Shown here: positions 26,001 through 39,400 of the stretch, piece after piece
Numbering within the stretch: the stretch's first letter is position 1
Layout of the letters: each line of letters starts with the position of its first letter
Source of the DNA: Eledone cirrhosa
Lineage: Eukaryota
Length of the DNA stretch: 64,000 bases
Direction: 5' to 3'
NCBI GenBank assembly: GCA_964016885.1
Contig: OZ024760.1
Coordinates: 35,216,001-35,280,000 of the forward strand
The notes under the pieces: model-generated
Database searches by the model: none
What the model was told of the DNA's origin: nothing
What the model saw: only the letters and a program-made list of their open reading frames with translations
Position numbers and translations under genes: made by a program

Positions 26001-29000
26001 ACCTATGTTGGGTGAGTGCCATTACCTATCTTAGAAGGGTGCATTTACCTATGTTAGGAGAGTGACGTTACCTATGCTGGGAGTGTGCCGTTACCTATGT
26101 TGGGAGAGTATCGTTACCTATGTTGGGAGGGTGCCGTTACCTATGTTGGGAGAGTGCCATTACCTATGTTAGGAGGTTGCCGTTCCATATGTTAGGAGGG
26201 TTCCTTTACCTATGTTGGAAGGGTGCCGTTACCTATGTTAGGAGGGTGCCGTTAGCTATGTTAGGAGAGTGCCGCTACCTATGTTGGGAGGGTTCCGTTA
26301 CCTATGCTGGGAGAGTGCCGTTACCTGTTGGCAGAGTGCCATTACCTATGTTGGGAGGGTGCTGTTAACTATGTTGGGAGAGTGCCGTTACCTATGTTGG
26401 GAGGGTGCCGTTACCTGTGTTGGGAGAGTGCCATTACCTATCTTAGAAGGGTGCATTTACCTATGTTAGGAGGGTGCCGTTACCTATGTTGTGAGTGTGC
26501 CATTACCTATGTTGGGAGGGTGCCGTTACCTATGTTGGGAGAGTGCCGTTAGCTATGTTGGGAGAGTGCCGTTACCTATGTTGGGAGGGTGCCGTTACCT
26601 ATTTTGGGAGAGTGCCATCACCTATATTAGGAGGGTGCCGTTACCTATGTTAGGAGGGAGCCGTTACCTATGTTGGGATGGTGGCGTTACCTATGTTGGG
26701 AGAGTGCCGTTACCTATGTTGCGAGGGTGCCGTTACCTATGTTGGGCGAGTGCCATTACCTATGTTAGGAGGGTGCCGTCACCTATGTTAGGAGGGTTCC
26801 GTTACCTATGTAGGGAGGGTGCCGTAACCTATGTTGGAAAGGTGCCATTACCCATGTTAGGAGGGTTCCGTTACCAATGTTGGAAGGGTGCCTTTACCTA
26901 TGTTGGGAGGATGCCGCTACCTATGTTAGGAGGGTGCCATTACCTATGTTAGAAGGGTGCCGTTACCTATGTTGGGAGGGTGCCATTACCTATGTTGCAA
27001 ATGTGCCATTACCTATGTTAGGAGGGTGCCATTACCTATGTTGGGAGAGTGCCATTACCTATGTGAGGAGGTGCCGTTACCTATGTTTGGAGGGTGCCAT
27101 TACCTATGTTGGGATAGTGCCGTTACCTATGTTGGAAGGGTACCGTTACCTATGTTGGGAGAGTGCCCTGACCTATGTTAGGAGGGTGCCTTTACCTATG
27201 TTAGATGGGTGCCATTACCTATGTTAGGAGGGTGCCATTACGTATGTTGGGAGAGTGGCATTACCTATGTTAGGAGGGTGCCGTTACCTATGTTAGGAGA
27301 GTGCCATTACCTATGTTGGGAGAGTGCCATTACCTATGTTGGGAGGGTGCCCTTACCTATGTTGGGAGAGTGCCAATACCTATGTTAGGACGGTGCCGTT
27401 ATCTATGTTAGGAGGGTGCCATTACCTATTTTGGTAGAGTGCCATTACCTATGTTAGCAGGGTACCGTTACCTATGTTGTGAGGGTGCCATTACCTATGT
27501 TGGAAGAGGGCCGTTACCTATGTTGGAAGGGTGACATTACCTATGCTGGGAGGGTGCCGTTACCTATGTTGGGAGAGTACCGTTACCTATGTTGGGAGGG
27601 TGCCGTTACCTATGTTGGGAGAGTGCCATTACCTATGTTAGGAGTTTGCCGTTCCATATGTTAGGAGGGTTCCTTTACCTATGTTGGAAGGGTGCCGTTA
27701 CCTATGTTAGGAGGGTGCCGTTAGCTATGTTAGGAGAGTGCCGCTACCTATGTTGGGAGGGTTCCGTTACCTATGTTGGGAGAGTGCCGTTACCTGTTGG
27801 GAGAGTGCCATTACCTATGTTGGGAGGGTGCTGTTAACTATGTTGGGAGAGTGCCGTTACCTATGTTGGGAGGGTGCCGTTACCTGTGTTGGGAGAGTGC
27901 CATTACCTATCTTAGAAGGGTGCATTTACCTATGTTAGGAGGGTGCCGTTACCTATGTTGGCAGAGTGCCATTACCTATGTTAGGAGGGCATCGTTACCT
28001 ATGTTAGGAGGGTGCCGTTATCTATTTTGGGAGGGTGCCGTTACCTATGTTGGGAGAGTGCCATTACCTATGTTAGGAGGCTGCCGTTCCATATGTTAGG
28101 AGGGTTCCTTTACCTATGTTGGGAGGGTTCCGTTACCTATGTTGGGAGAGTGCCGTTACCTATCTTCGGAGGGTGCCGTTACCTACGTTTGGAGAGTACT
28201 ATTATCTAAGTTGGGAGAATGCCGTTACCTATGTTGGGAGAGTGCCGTCACCTATGTTGGGAGGGTGCCGTTACCTATGTTGGGAGAGTGCCGTTAGCTA
28301 TGTTGGGAGAGTGCCGTTACCTATGTTGGGAGGGTGCCGTTACCTATTTTGGGAGAGTGCCATCACCTATATTAGGAGGGTGCCGTTACCTATGTTAGGA
28401 GGGAGCCGTTACCTATGTTGGGATGGTGGCGTTACCTATGTTGGAAAGGTGCCATTACCTATGTTAGGAGGGTTCCGTTACCTATGTTGGAAGGGTGCCT
28501 TTACCTATGTTGGGAGGATGCCGTTACCTATGTTAGGAGGGTGCCATTACCTATGTTAGAAGGGTGCCGTTACCTATGTTGGGAGGGTGCCATTACCTAT
28601 GTTGCAAATGTGCCATTACTTATGTTAGGAGGGTGCCATTACCTATGTTGGGAGAGTGCCATTACCTATGTGAGGAGGTGCCGTTACCTATGTTTGGAGT
28701 GTGCCATTACCTATGTTGGGATAGTGCCGTTACCTATGTTGGGAGGGTACCGTTACCTATGTTGGGAGAGTGCCCTTACCTATGTTAGGAGGGTGCCTTT
28801 ACCTATGTTAGATGGGTGCCATTACCTATGTTAGGAGGGTGCCATTACGTATGTTGGGAGAGTGCCATTACCTATGTTAGGAGGGTGCCGTTACCTATGT
28901 TAGGAGAGTGCCATTACCTATGTTGGGAGAGTGCCATTACCTATGTTGGGAGGGTGCCCTTACCTATGTTGGGAGGGTGTCGTTACCTATGTTGGGAGAG

Positions 29001-29649
29001 TGCCAATACCTATGTTAGGACGGTGCCGTTACCTTTGTTAGGAGGGTGCCATTACCTATTTTGGTAGAGTGCCATTACCTATGTTAGCAGGGTACCGTTA
29101 CCTATGTTGTGAGGGTGCCATTACTTATGTTGGAAGAGGGCCGTTACCTATGTTGGAAGGGTGACATTACCTATGTTGGGAGAGTGCCTTTACTATGTTG
29201 GGAGTGTGCCGTTACCTATGTTGGGAGAGTGCCATTACCTATGTTGGGAGCGTGCCGTTACCTATGTTAGGAGGGTGCCATTACCTATCTTGGAACGGTG
29301 CCGTTTCCTATGTTGGGAGGGTGCCGTTACCTATGTTGGGAGAGTGCCGTTACCTATGTTGGGAGAGTGCCATTACCTATGTTGGGAGGGTGACGTTACC
29401 TATGTTGGGAGAGTGCCATTACCTATGTTAGGAAGGTGACGTTACCTATGTTGGGAGAGTGCCATTACCTATGTTAGGAAGGTGCCGTTACCTATGTTGG
29501 GAGAGTGCCATTACCTATGTTAGGGGGGTGTCGTTACCTATGTTAGGAGAGTGTCACTACCTATGTTGGGAGAGTGCCATTACCTATATTAGGAGGTGCC
29601 TTTATCTATGTTGGAAGGGTGCCATTACCTAGGATAGGAGGGTGCCATT

Positions 29650-32600
29650 ACCTATGTTGGGAGAGTGCCGTTAACTATGTGGGGAGAGTGACGTTATCTA
29701 TGTTGGGAGGGTGCCGTTACCTATGTTGGGAGAGTGACATTACCTATGTTAGGAGGGTGCCGTTACCTATGTTGGGAGAGTGCCATTACCTATGTTAGAA
29801 GGGTGCCGTTACCTATGTTGGGAGGGTGCCGTTACCTATGTTTGGAGGGTGCCGTTACCTATGTTATTAGGGTGCCATTGCCTATGTTGGAAGGGTGCCG
29901 TTACCTATGTTGGGAGGGTGCCTTTACCTATGTTGGGATAGTGCCATTACCTATGTTGGGTTGGTGCCATTACCTATGTTAGGAGGGGGCCATTGCCTAT
30001 GCTGGAAGGGTGCCGTTACCTATGTTAAGAGGGTGCCATTACCTGTGTGGGGAGAGTGCTGTTACCTATGTTAGGAGGGTGCCATTACCTATGTTAGGAG
30101 AGTGCCATTACCTATGTTAGGAGGGTGCCTTTACCTATGTTGCGAGGGTGCCATTACCTATGTTGGGGGAGTGCCGTTACCTATGTTAGGAGGGTGCCAT
30201 TACCTATGTTGGGACAGTGACATTACCTATGTTAGGAGGGTGCCGTTACCTATGTTAGGAGGGTGCCATTACCTATGTTGGAAGGGTGCCATTACCTATG
30301 TTAGGAGGGTGCAATTACATATGTTGGAAGGGTGCCGTTACCTATGGTAGGAGGGTGCCGTTACCTATGTTGCGAGGGTGCCGTTACCGCTGTTGGGAGA
30401 GTGCAGTTACCTATTTTGGCAGGGTGCCGTTACCTATGTTAGGAGGGTGCCATTACCTATGTTGGAAGGGTGCCATTACCTATGTTAGGAGGTTGCCGTT
30501 ACTTATATTGGGAGAGTGCCATTACCTATGTTGGGAGGGTGCCGTCACCTATTTGGGAGAGTGCCATTACCTATGTTGGGAGGGTGCTGTTAACTATGTT
30601 GGGAGAGTGTGGTTACCTATGTTGGGAGGGTGCCGTTACCTGTGTTGGGAGAGCGCTATTACCTATGTTAGGAGGGTGCCGTTACCTATGTTGGGAGAGT
30701 GCCATTACCTATCTTAGATGGGTGCATTTACCTATGTTAGGTGGGTGCCGTTACCTATGTTGGGAGAGTGCCATTACCTATGTTAGGAGGGTATCATTAC
30801 CTATGTTGGGAGGGTGCCGTTACCTGTGTTGGGAGAATGACATTACCTATGTTGGGAGGGTGCCGTCACCTATGTTAGAAGGGTGCCGTTACCTATGCTG
30901 GGAGGGTGCCGTTACCTATGTTGGGAGAGTGCCGTTACCCATGTTGGGAGGGTGCCGTTACCTATGTTGGGAGAGTGCCATTACCTATGTTGGGAGAGTG
31001 CCGTTACCTATGTTTGGCGAGTGCCATTACCTCTGGTAGGAGGGTGCCGTTACATATGTTAGGAGGGTTCCATTACCTATGTTGGTAAGGTTCCATTACC
31101 TATGTTAGGAGGGTGCCATTACGTATGTTGGGAGAGTGCCATTACCTATGTTAGGAGGTTGCCGTTACCTATGTTGGGAGATTGCCGTTGCCTATGTTGG
31201 GAGAGTGCTGTTACCTATGTTGGGAGATTGCCATTACCTATGTTGGGAGAGTGCCATTACCTATGTTGGGAGGGTGCCATTACCTATGTTGGGGGAGTGC
31301 CGTTACCTATGTTAGGAGGGTGCCGTTACTATGTTGGGAGAGTGCCATTACCTATGTTAGGAGGATGCCGTTACCTATGTTGGGAGGGTGCCATTACGTA
31401 TGTTGGGAAAGTGCCGTTACCTATGTTGGGAGAGTGCCATTACCTATGAAGGTAGGGTGCCGTTACTTATATTGGGAGAGTGCCATTACCTATGTTGGGA
31501 GGGTGCCGTCACCTATGTTGGGAGAGTGCCATTACCTATGTTGGGAGGGTGCTGTTAACTATGTTGGGAGAGTGTGGTTACCTATGTTGGGAGGGTGCCG
31601 TTACCTGTGTTGGGAGAGTGCTATTACCTATGTTAGGAGGGTGCCGTTACCTATGTTGGGAGAGTGCCATTACCTATCTTAGAAGGGTGCATTTACCTAT
31701 GTTAGGAGGGTGCCGTTACCTATGTTGGCAGGGTGCCATTACCTATGTTGGGGGAGTGCCGTTACCTATGTTAGGAGGGTGCCGTTACCTATGTTGCGAG
31801 GGTGCCGTTAACTATGTTGGGAGAGTGCCGTTACCTATTTTGGGAGGCTGCCTAAGTTGGAAGGGTGCCATTACCTATGTTGGGAGGGTGCCGTTACCTA
31901 TGTTGGGAGATTGCCGTTGCCTATGTTGGGAGAGTGCCATTACCTATGTTGGAAGGGTGCCGTTACCTATGTTGGGAGATTGCCATTACCTATGTTGGGA
32001 GGGTGCCATTACCTATGTTAGGAGGGTGTCGTTACCTATGTTAGGAGGGTGCCAATATCTATGTTGGAAATGTGCCATTACCTATGTTAGGAGGGTGCCA
32101 CTACCTATGTTGGGAGAGTGCCATTACCTATGTTTGGAGGTGCCGTTACCTATGTTGGGAGAGTGCCATTACCTATGTTGGGAGGGTGCCATTACCTATG
32201 TTGGGGGAGTGCCGTTACCTATGTTAGGAGGGTGCCGTTACCTATGTTGGGAGAGTGCCATTACCTATGTTAGGAGGATCCCGTTACCTATGTTGGGAGG
32301 GTGCCATTACCTATGTTGGGAAAGTGCCGTTACCTATGTTGGGAGGGTTCCGTTACCTATGTTGGAAGGGTGCCGTTACCTACGTTAGGAGGGTGCCATT
32401 ACTTATGTTGGGAGAGTGCCATTATTTATATTAGGAGGATGCCGTTACCTATGTTCGGAGAGTGCCATTAACTATGTTGGGAGAGTGCCGTTACCTATGT
32501 TGGGAGGGTGCCGTTACATGTGTTAGGAGAGTGCTATTACCTATGTTAGGAGGATGCCGTTACCTATGTTAGGAGGGTGCCGTTACCTATGTTGCGAGGG

Positions 32601-35600
32601 TACTGTTACCTATGTTGGGAGAGTGCTATTATTTATATTAGGAGGATGCCGTTACCTATGTTGGGAGTATGCCATTACCTATGTTAGGAGGTGCCGTTAC
32701 CTATGTTGGAAGGGTGCCATTACCTAGGATAGGAGGGTGCCATTACCTATGTTGGGAGAGTGCCATTACCTATATTAGGAGGATGCCGTTACCTTTGTTG
32801 GGAGGGTGCCGTTAACTATGTGGGGAGAGTGACGTTATCTATGTGGGGATGGTGCCGTTACCTATATTGGGAGAGTGACATTACCTATGTTAGGAGGGTG
32901 CCGGTACCTATGTTGGGAGAGTGCCATTACCTATGTTAGGAGGGTGCCTTTATCTATGTTGGAAGGGTGCCGTTACCTATGTTGGGAGGGTGCCTTTACC
33001 TATGTTGGGAGAGTGCCATTACCTATGTTAGGAGGGTGCCATTACCTATGTTGGAAGGGTGCCCTTAACTATGTTAAAAGGGTGGAATTACGTATGTTGG
33101 AAGGGTGCCGTTACCTACGGTAGGAGGGTGCCGTTACCTATGTTGCGAGGGTGCCGTTACCGCTGTTGGGAGAGTGCAGTTACCTATTTTGGGAGGGTGC
33201 CGTTACCTATGTTAGGAGGGTGCCATTACCTATGTTGGAAGGGTGCCATTACCTATGTTAGGAGGTTGCCATTACCTATGTTGGGAGAGTGCCATTACCT
33301 ATGTTAGGAGGGTGCCGTTACCTATGTTGCGAGGGTGTCGTTACCTATGTTGGGACAGTGCCATTACCTATGTTAGGAGTGTGCCGTTACCTATGTTAGG
33401 AGGGTGTAATTACCTATGTTGGGAGGGTGCCGTTACCTATGTTGGGAGAATGACATTACCTATGTTGGGAGGGTGCCGTCACATATGTTAGGAGAGTGCC
33501 ATTACCTATGTTAGGAGGTTGCCGTTACATATGTTAGGAGGGTTCCGTTACCTATGTTGGAAGGGTGCCCTTATCTATGTTAGGAGGGCGCAGTTACCTA
33601 TGTTAGGAGAGTGCCGTTACCTATGTTGGGAGGGTAACGTTACCTATGTTGAGAGAGTGCTGTTACTTATGTAGGGAGCGTGCCGTTACCTACGTTTGGA
33701 GAGTACTATTATCTAAGTTGGGAGAATGCCGTTACCTATGTTGGGAGCGTGACATCACCTATGTTAACAGGGTGTCGTTACCTATGTTGGGAGGGTGCCA
33801 TTACCTATGTTGGGAGAGTGCTGTTACCTATGTTGGGAGAGTGCGTTACCTATGTTGGGAGGGTGCCGTTACCTATATTGGGACAGTGCCATCACCTATA
33901 TTAGGAGGGTGCCGTTACCTATATTAGGAGGGTGCCGTTACCTGTTGGGAGAGTGCCATTACCTATATTAGGAGGGTGCCGTTACCGATGTTAGTGGGGT
34001 GCCTTTACCTATGTTGGAACGGTGACGTTACCTATGTTAGAAGGTGACGTTTCCTATGTTGGGAGGGTGCCGTTACCTATGTTAGGAGGGTGCCGTTAGC
34101 TATGTTAGGAGGGTGCCATTACCTAGGTTAGGAGGGTGTCATTACCTATGTTGGGAGAGTGCCATTACCTGTATTAGGAGGATGCCGTTACCTATGTTGG
34201 GAGGGTTCCGTTAACTATGTTCGGAGAGTGACGTTATCTATGTTGGGAGGGTGCCGTTACCTATGTTGGGAGAGGGCCATTACCTACGTTAGAAGGGTGC
34301 ATTTACCTATGTTAGGAGGGTGCCTTTATCTATGTTTGAAGGGTGCTGTTACCTATGTTAGGAGGGTGCCGTTACCTATGTTTGGAGGGTGCCGTTACCT
34401 ATGTTAGTAGGGTGCCATTACCTATGTTGGAAGGGTGCCGTTACCTATGTTGGGAGGGTGCCTTTACCTATGTTGGGAGAGTGCCATTACCTATGTTGGG
34501 AGGGTGTCATTACCTATGTTGGGAGAGTGCCATTACCTATGTTAGAAGGGTGCCATTACCTATGTTAGGAGGGTGCCATTACCTACGTTGGGAGAGTGCC
34601 ATTACCTATGTTAGCAGGGTGCCGTTACCTATTTTAGGAGGGTGCCGTTACCTATGTTGGAGGAGTTCCGTTATCTATGTTAGGAGGGTGCCGTTACCTC
34701 TGTTGGGACAGTGCCATTACCTCTGTTAGGAGTGTGCCGTTACCTATGTTAGGAGGGTGCCATTACCTATGTTGGAAAGGTGCCATTACCTATGGTAGGA
34801 GGGTGCCATTACCTATGTTGGAATGGTGCCATTACCTATGTTAGGAGGTTGCCTTACATATGTTAGGAGGGTCCCTTTACCTATGTTGGGAGGGTGCCGT
34901 TACCTATGTTGGGAGAGTGCCTTTACCTATGTTGTGAGGGTGCCGTTACCTACGTTTGGAGAGTACTATTATCTAAGTTGGGAGAATGCCGTTACCTATG
35001 TTGGGAGGGTGGCGTCACCTATGTTAGGAGGGTGCCGTTACCTATGTTGGGAGAGTGCAATTATCTATGTTAGGAGGGTGCCGTTTCCTATGTTGGGAGG
35101 GTGTATTACCTATGTTAGGAGGGTGCCTTTACCTATGTTGGAAGGGTGCCGTTACCTATGTTAGGAGTGTGCCGTTGCCTATGTTTGGAGGGTGCCGTTA
35201 CCTATGTTAGTAGGGTGCCATTACCTATGTTGGAAGGGTGCCGTTACCTATGTTGGGAGAGTGTCATTACCTATGTTAGGAGGTTGCCGTTACATATGTT
35301 AGGAGGGTCCCTTTACCTATGTTGGGAGGGTGCCGTTACCTATGTTGGGAGAGTTCCGTTACCTATGTTGGGAGGGTTCCTTTACCTAAGTTGGAAGGGT
35401 GCCATTACCTGTGTTGGAAGGGTGCCGTTACCTATGTTGGGAGAGAGCCATTACCTATGTTAGGAGGTTGCCGTTACATAGGTTTGGAGAGTACTATTAT
35501 CTAAGTTGGGAGAATGCCGTTACCTATGTTGGGAGGGTGCCGTTACCTATGTTAGGAGGGTGCCATTACCTATGTTGGAAGGGTGCCCTTACCTATGTTA

Positions 35601-36470
35601 GGAGGGTGCAATTACATATGTTGGAAGGGTGCCGTTACCTATGGTAGGCGGGTGCCGTTACCTATGTTGCGAGGGTGCCGTTACCGCTGTTGGGAGAGTG
35701 CAGTTACCTATTTTGGGAGGGTGCCATTACCTATGTTAGGATGTTGCCATTACCTATGTTGGGAGAGTGCCATTACCTATGTTAGGAGGGTGCCGTTACC
35801 TATGTTGCGATGGTGCCATTACCTATGTTGGGGGAGTGCCGTTACCTATGTTAGGAGGGTGTCGTTACCTATGTTGGGACAGTGCCATTACCTATGTTAG
35901 GAGTGTGCCGTTACCTATGTTAGGAGGGTGTCATTACCTATGTTGGGAGGGTGCCGTTACCTATGTTGGGAGAATGACATTACCTATGTTGGGAGGGTGC
36001 CGTCACCTATGTTAGGAGGGTGCCGTTATCTATGCTAGGAGGGTGCCGCAACCTATGTTGGGAGAGTGCCGTTACCTATGTTGGGAGGGTGCCGTTACCT
36101 ATGTTGGGAGAGTGCCATTACCTATGTTGGGAGTGTGCCGTTACCTATGTTGGGAGAGTGCCATTACCTTAGGTAGGAGGGTGCCGTTACATGTGTTAGG
36201 AGGGTGGCATTACCTATGTTGGTAGGGTGCCATTACCTATGTTAGGAGGGTGCCATTACGTATGTTGGGAGAGTGCCATTACCTATGTTAGGAGGTTGCC
36301 GTTACCTATGTTGGGAGGGTGCCATTAACTATCTTGGGAGTGTTCCGTTACCTATGTTAAAAGGGTGTCATTACCTATGTTGGGAGAGTGCCATTACCTA
36401 TGTTAAATCGGTGCCGTTACCTATGTTAGGAGGGTGCCTTTACCTATGTTGGGAGGGTGCCGTTACCTAT
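29650..36470 (+). repeat. Long block, copy A, repeated at about 44100-52200
   Basis: Collinear private markers: AGCGCTATT (~30652/45141), ATCTTAGATGG (~30711/45200), TTGGTAAGGTTCC (~31082/45571), AGGGTAACGTT (~33631/49174) and TTAAATCGG (~36403/52130). Confidence 0.88.
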
Positions 36471-36479
36471 GTTGGGAGA

Positions 36480-39400
36480 GTGCCATTACCTATGTTAGGA
36501 GGGTATCATTACCTATGTTGGGAGGGTGCCGTTACCTATGTTGGGAGAATGACATTACCTATGTTGGGAGGGTGCCGTCACCTATGTTAGGAGGGTGCCG
36601 TTACCTATGCTGGTAGGGTGCCGTTACCTATGTTGGGAGAGTACCGTTACCTATGTTGGGAGGGTGCCGTTACCTATGTTGGGAGAGTGCCATTACCTAT
36701 GTTAGGAGGTTGCCGTTCCATATGTTAGGAGGGTTCCTTTACCTATGTTGGAAGGGTGCCGTTAGCTATGTTAGGAGAGTGCCGCTACCTATGTTGGGAG
36801 GGTTCCGTTACCTATGTTGGGAGAGTGCCGTTACCTATCTTGGGAGGGTGCCGTTACCTACGTTTGAAGAGTACTATTATCTAAGTTGGGAGAATGCCGT
36901 TACCTATATTGGGAGAGTGCCGTCACCTATGTTGGGAGGGTGCCGTTACCTATGTTGTGAGAGTGCCGTTACCTATGTTGGGAGAGTGCCGTTACCTATG
37001 TTGGGAGGGTGCCTTTACCTATTTTGGGAGAGTGCCATCACCTATATTAGGAGGGTACCGTTACCTATGTTAGGAGGGAGCCGTTACCTATGTTGGGATG
37101 GTGACGTTACCTATGTTGGGAGAGTGCCGTTACCTATGTTGCGAGGGTGCCGTTACCTATGTTGGGCGAGTGCCATTACCTATGTTAGGAGGGTGCCGTA
37201 ACCTATGTTAGGAGGGTTCCGTTACCTATGTAGGGAGGGTGCCGTAACCTATGTTGGAAGGGTGCCATTACCTATGTTAGGAGGGTTCCGTTACCTATGT
37301 TGGAAGGGTGCCTTTACCTATGTTGGGAGGATGCCGTTACCTATGTTGGGAGGGTGCCATTGCCTATGTTGCAAATGTGCCATTACCTATGTTAGGAGGG
37401 TGCCATTACCTATGTTGGGAGAGTGCCATTACCTATGTGAGGAGGTGCCGTTACCTATGTTTGGAGGGTGTCATTACCTATGTTGGGATAGTGCCGTTAC
37501 CTATGTTGGGAGGGTACCGTTACCTATGTTGGGAGAGTGCCCTTACCTATGTTAGGAGGGTGCCTTTACCTATGTTAGATGGGTGCCATTACCTATGTTA
37601 GGAGGGTGCCATTACGTATGTTGGGAGAGTGCCATTACCTATTTTGGGAGGGTGCCCTTACCTATGTTGGGAGAGTGCCAATACCTATGTTAGGACGGTG
37701 CCGTTACCTATGTTAGGAGGGTGCCATAACCTATTTTGGTAGAGTGCCATTACCTATGTTAGCAGTGTACCGTTACCTATGTTGTGAGGGTGCCATTACC
37801 TATGTTGGAAGAGGGCCGTTACCTATGTTGGAAGGGTGACATTACCTATGTTGGGAGAGTGCCGTTACCTATGTTGGGAGTGTGCCGTTACCTATGTTGG
37901 GAGAGTGCCATTACCTATGTTGGGAGCGTGCCGTTACCTATGTTAGGAGGGTGCCATTACCTATGTTGGAACGGTGCCGTTACCTATGTTGGGAGGGTGC
38001 CGTTACCTATGTTGGGAGAGTGCCGTTACCTATGTTGGGAGAGTGCCATTACCTATGTTGGGAGGGTGACGTTACCTATGTTGGGAGAGTGCCATTACCT
38101 ATGTTAGGAAGGTGCCGTTACCTATGTTGGGAGAGTGCCATTACCTATGTTGGGAGGGTGACGTTACCTATGTTGGGAGAGTGCCATTACCTATGTTAGG
38201 AAGGTGCCGTTACCTATGTTGGGAGAGTGCCATTACCTATGTTAGGAGGGTGTCGTTACCTATGTTAGGAGGGTGTCACTACCTATGTTGGGAGAGTGCC
38301 ATTACCTATATTAGGAGGTGCCTTTATCTATGTTGGGAGGGTGCCATTACCTAGGATAGGAGGGTGCCATTACCTATGTTGGGAGAGTGCCATTACCTAT
38401 ATTAGGAGGATGCCGTTACCTTTGTTGGGAGGGTGCCGTTAACTATGTGGGGAGAGTGACGTTATCTATGTTGGGAGGGTGCCGTTACCTATGTTGGGAG
38501 AGTGACATTACCTATGTTAGGAGGGTGCCGTTACCTATGTTGGGAGAGTGCCATTACCTATGTTAGAAGGGTGCCGTTACCTATGTTGGGAGGGTGCCTT
38601 TACCTATGTTAGGAGGGGGCCATTGCCTATGCTGGAAGGGTGCCGTTACCTATGTTAAGAGGGTGCCATTATCTGTGTGGGGAGAGTGCTGTTACCTATG
38701 TTAGGAGGGTGCCATTACCTATGTTGGAAGGGTGCCATTACCTACGTTAGGAGGGTGCCATTACCTATGTTAGGAGAGTGCCATTACCTATGTTAGGAGG
38801 GTGCCTTTACCTATGTTGCGAGGGTGCCATTACCTATGTTGGGGGAGTGCCGTTACCTATGTTAGGAGGGTGCCATTACCTATGTTGGGACAGTGACATT
38901 ACCTATGTTAGGAGGGTGCCGTTACCTATGTTAGGAGGGTGCCATTACCTATGTTGGAAGGGTGCCATTACCTATGTTAGGAGGGTGCAATTACATATGT
39001 TGGAAGGGTGCCGTTACCTATGGCAGGAGGGTGCCGTTACCTATGTTGGAGGGTGCCGTTACCGCTGTTGGCAGAGTGCAGTTACCTATTTTGGGAGGGT
39101 GCCGTTACCTATGTTAGGAGGGTGCCATTACCTATGTTGGAAGGGTGCCATTACCTATGTTAGGAGGTTGCCGTTACTTATATTGGGAGAGTGCCATTAC
39201 CTATGTTGGGAGGGTGCCGTCACCTATGTTGGGAGAGTGCCATTACCTATGTTGGGAGGGTGCTGTTAACTATGTTGGGAGAGTGTGATTACCTATGTTG
39301 GGAGGGTGACGTTACCTGTGTTGGGAGAGTGCTATTACCTATGTTAGGAGGGTGCCATTACCTATGTTGGGAGAGTGCCATTACCTATCTTAGAAGGGTG

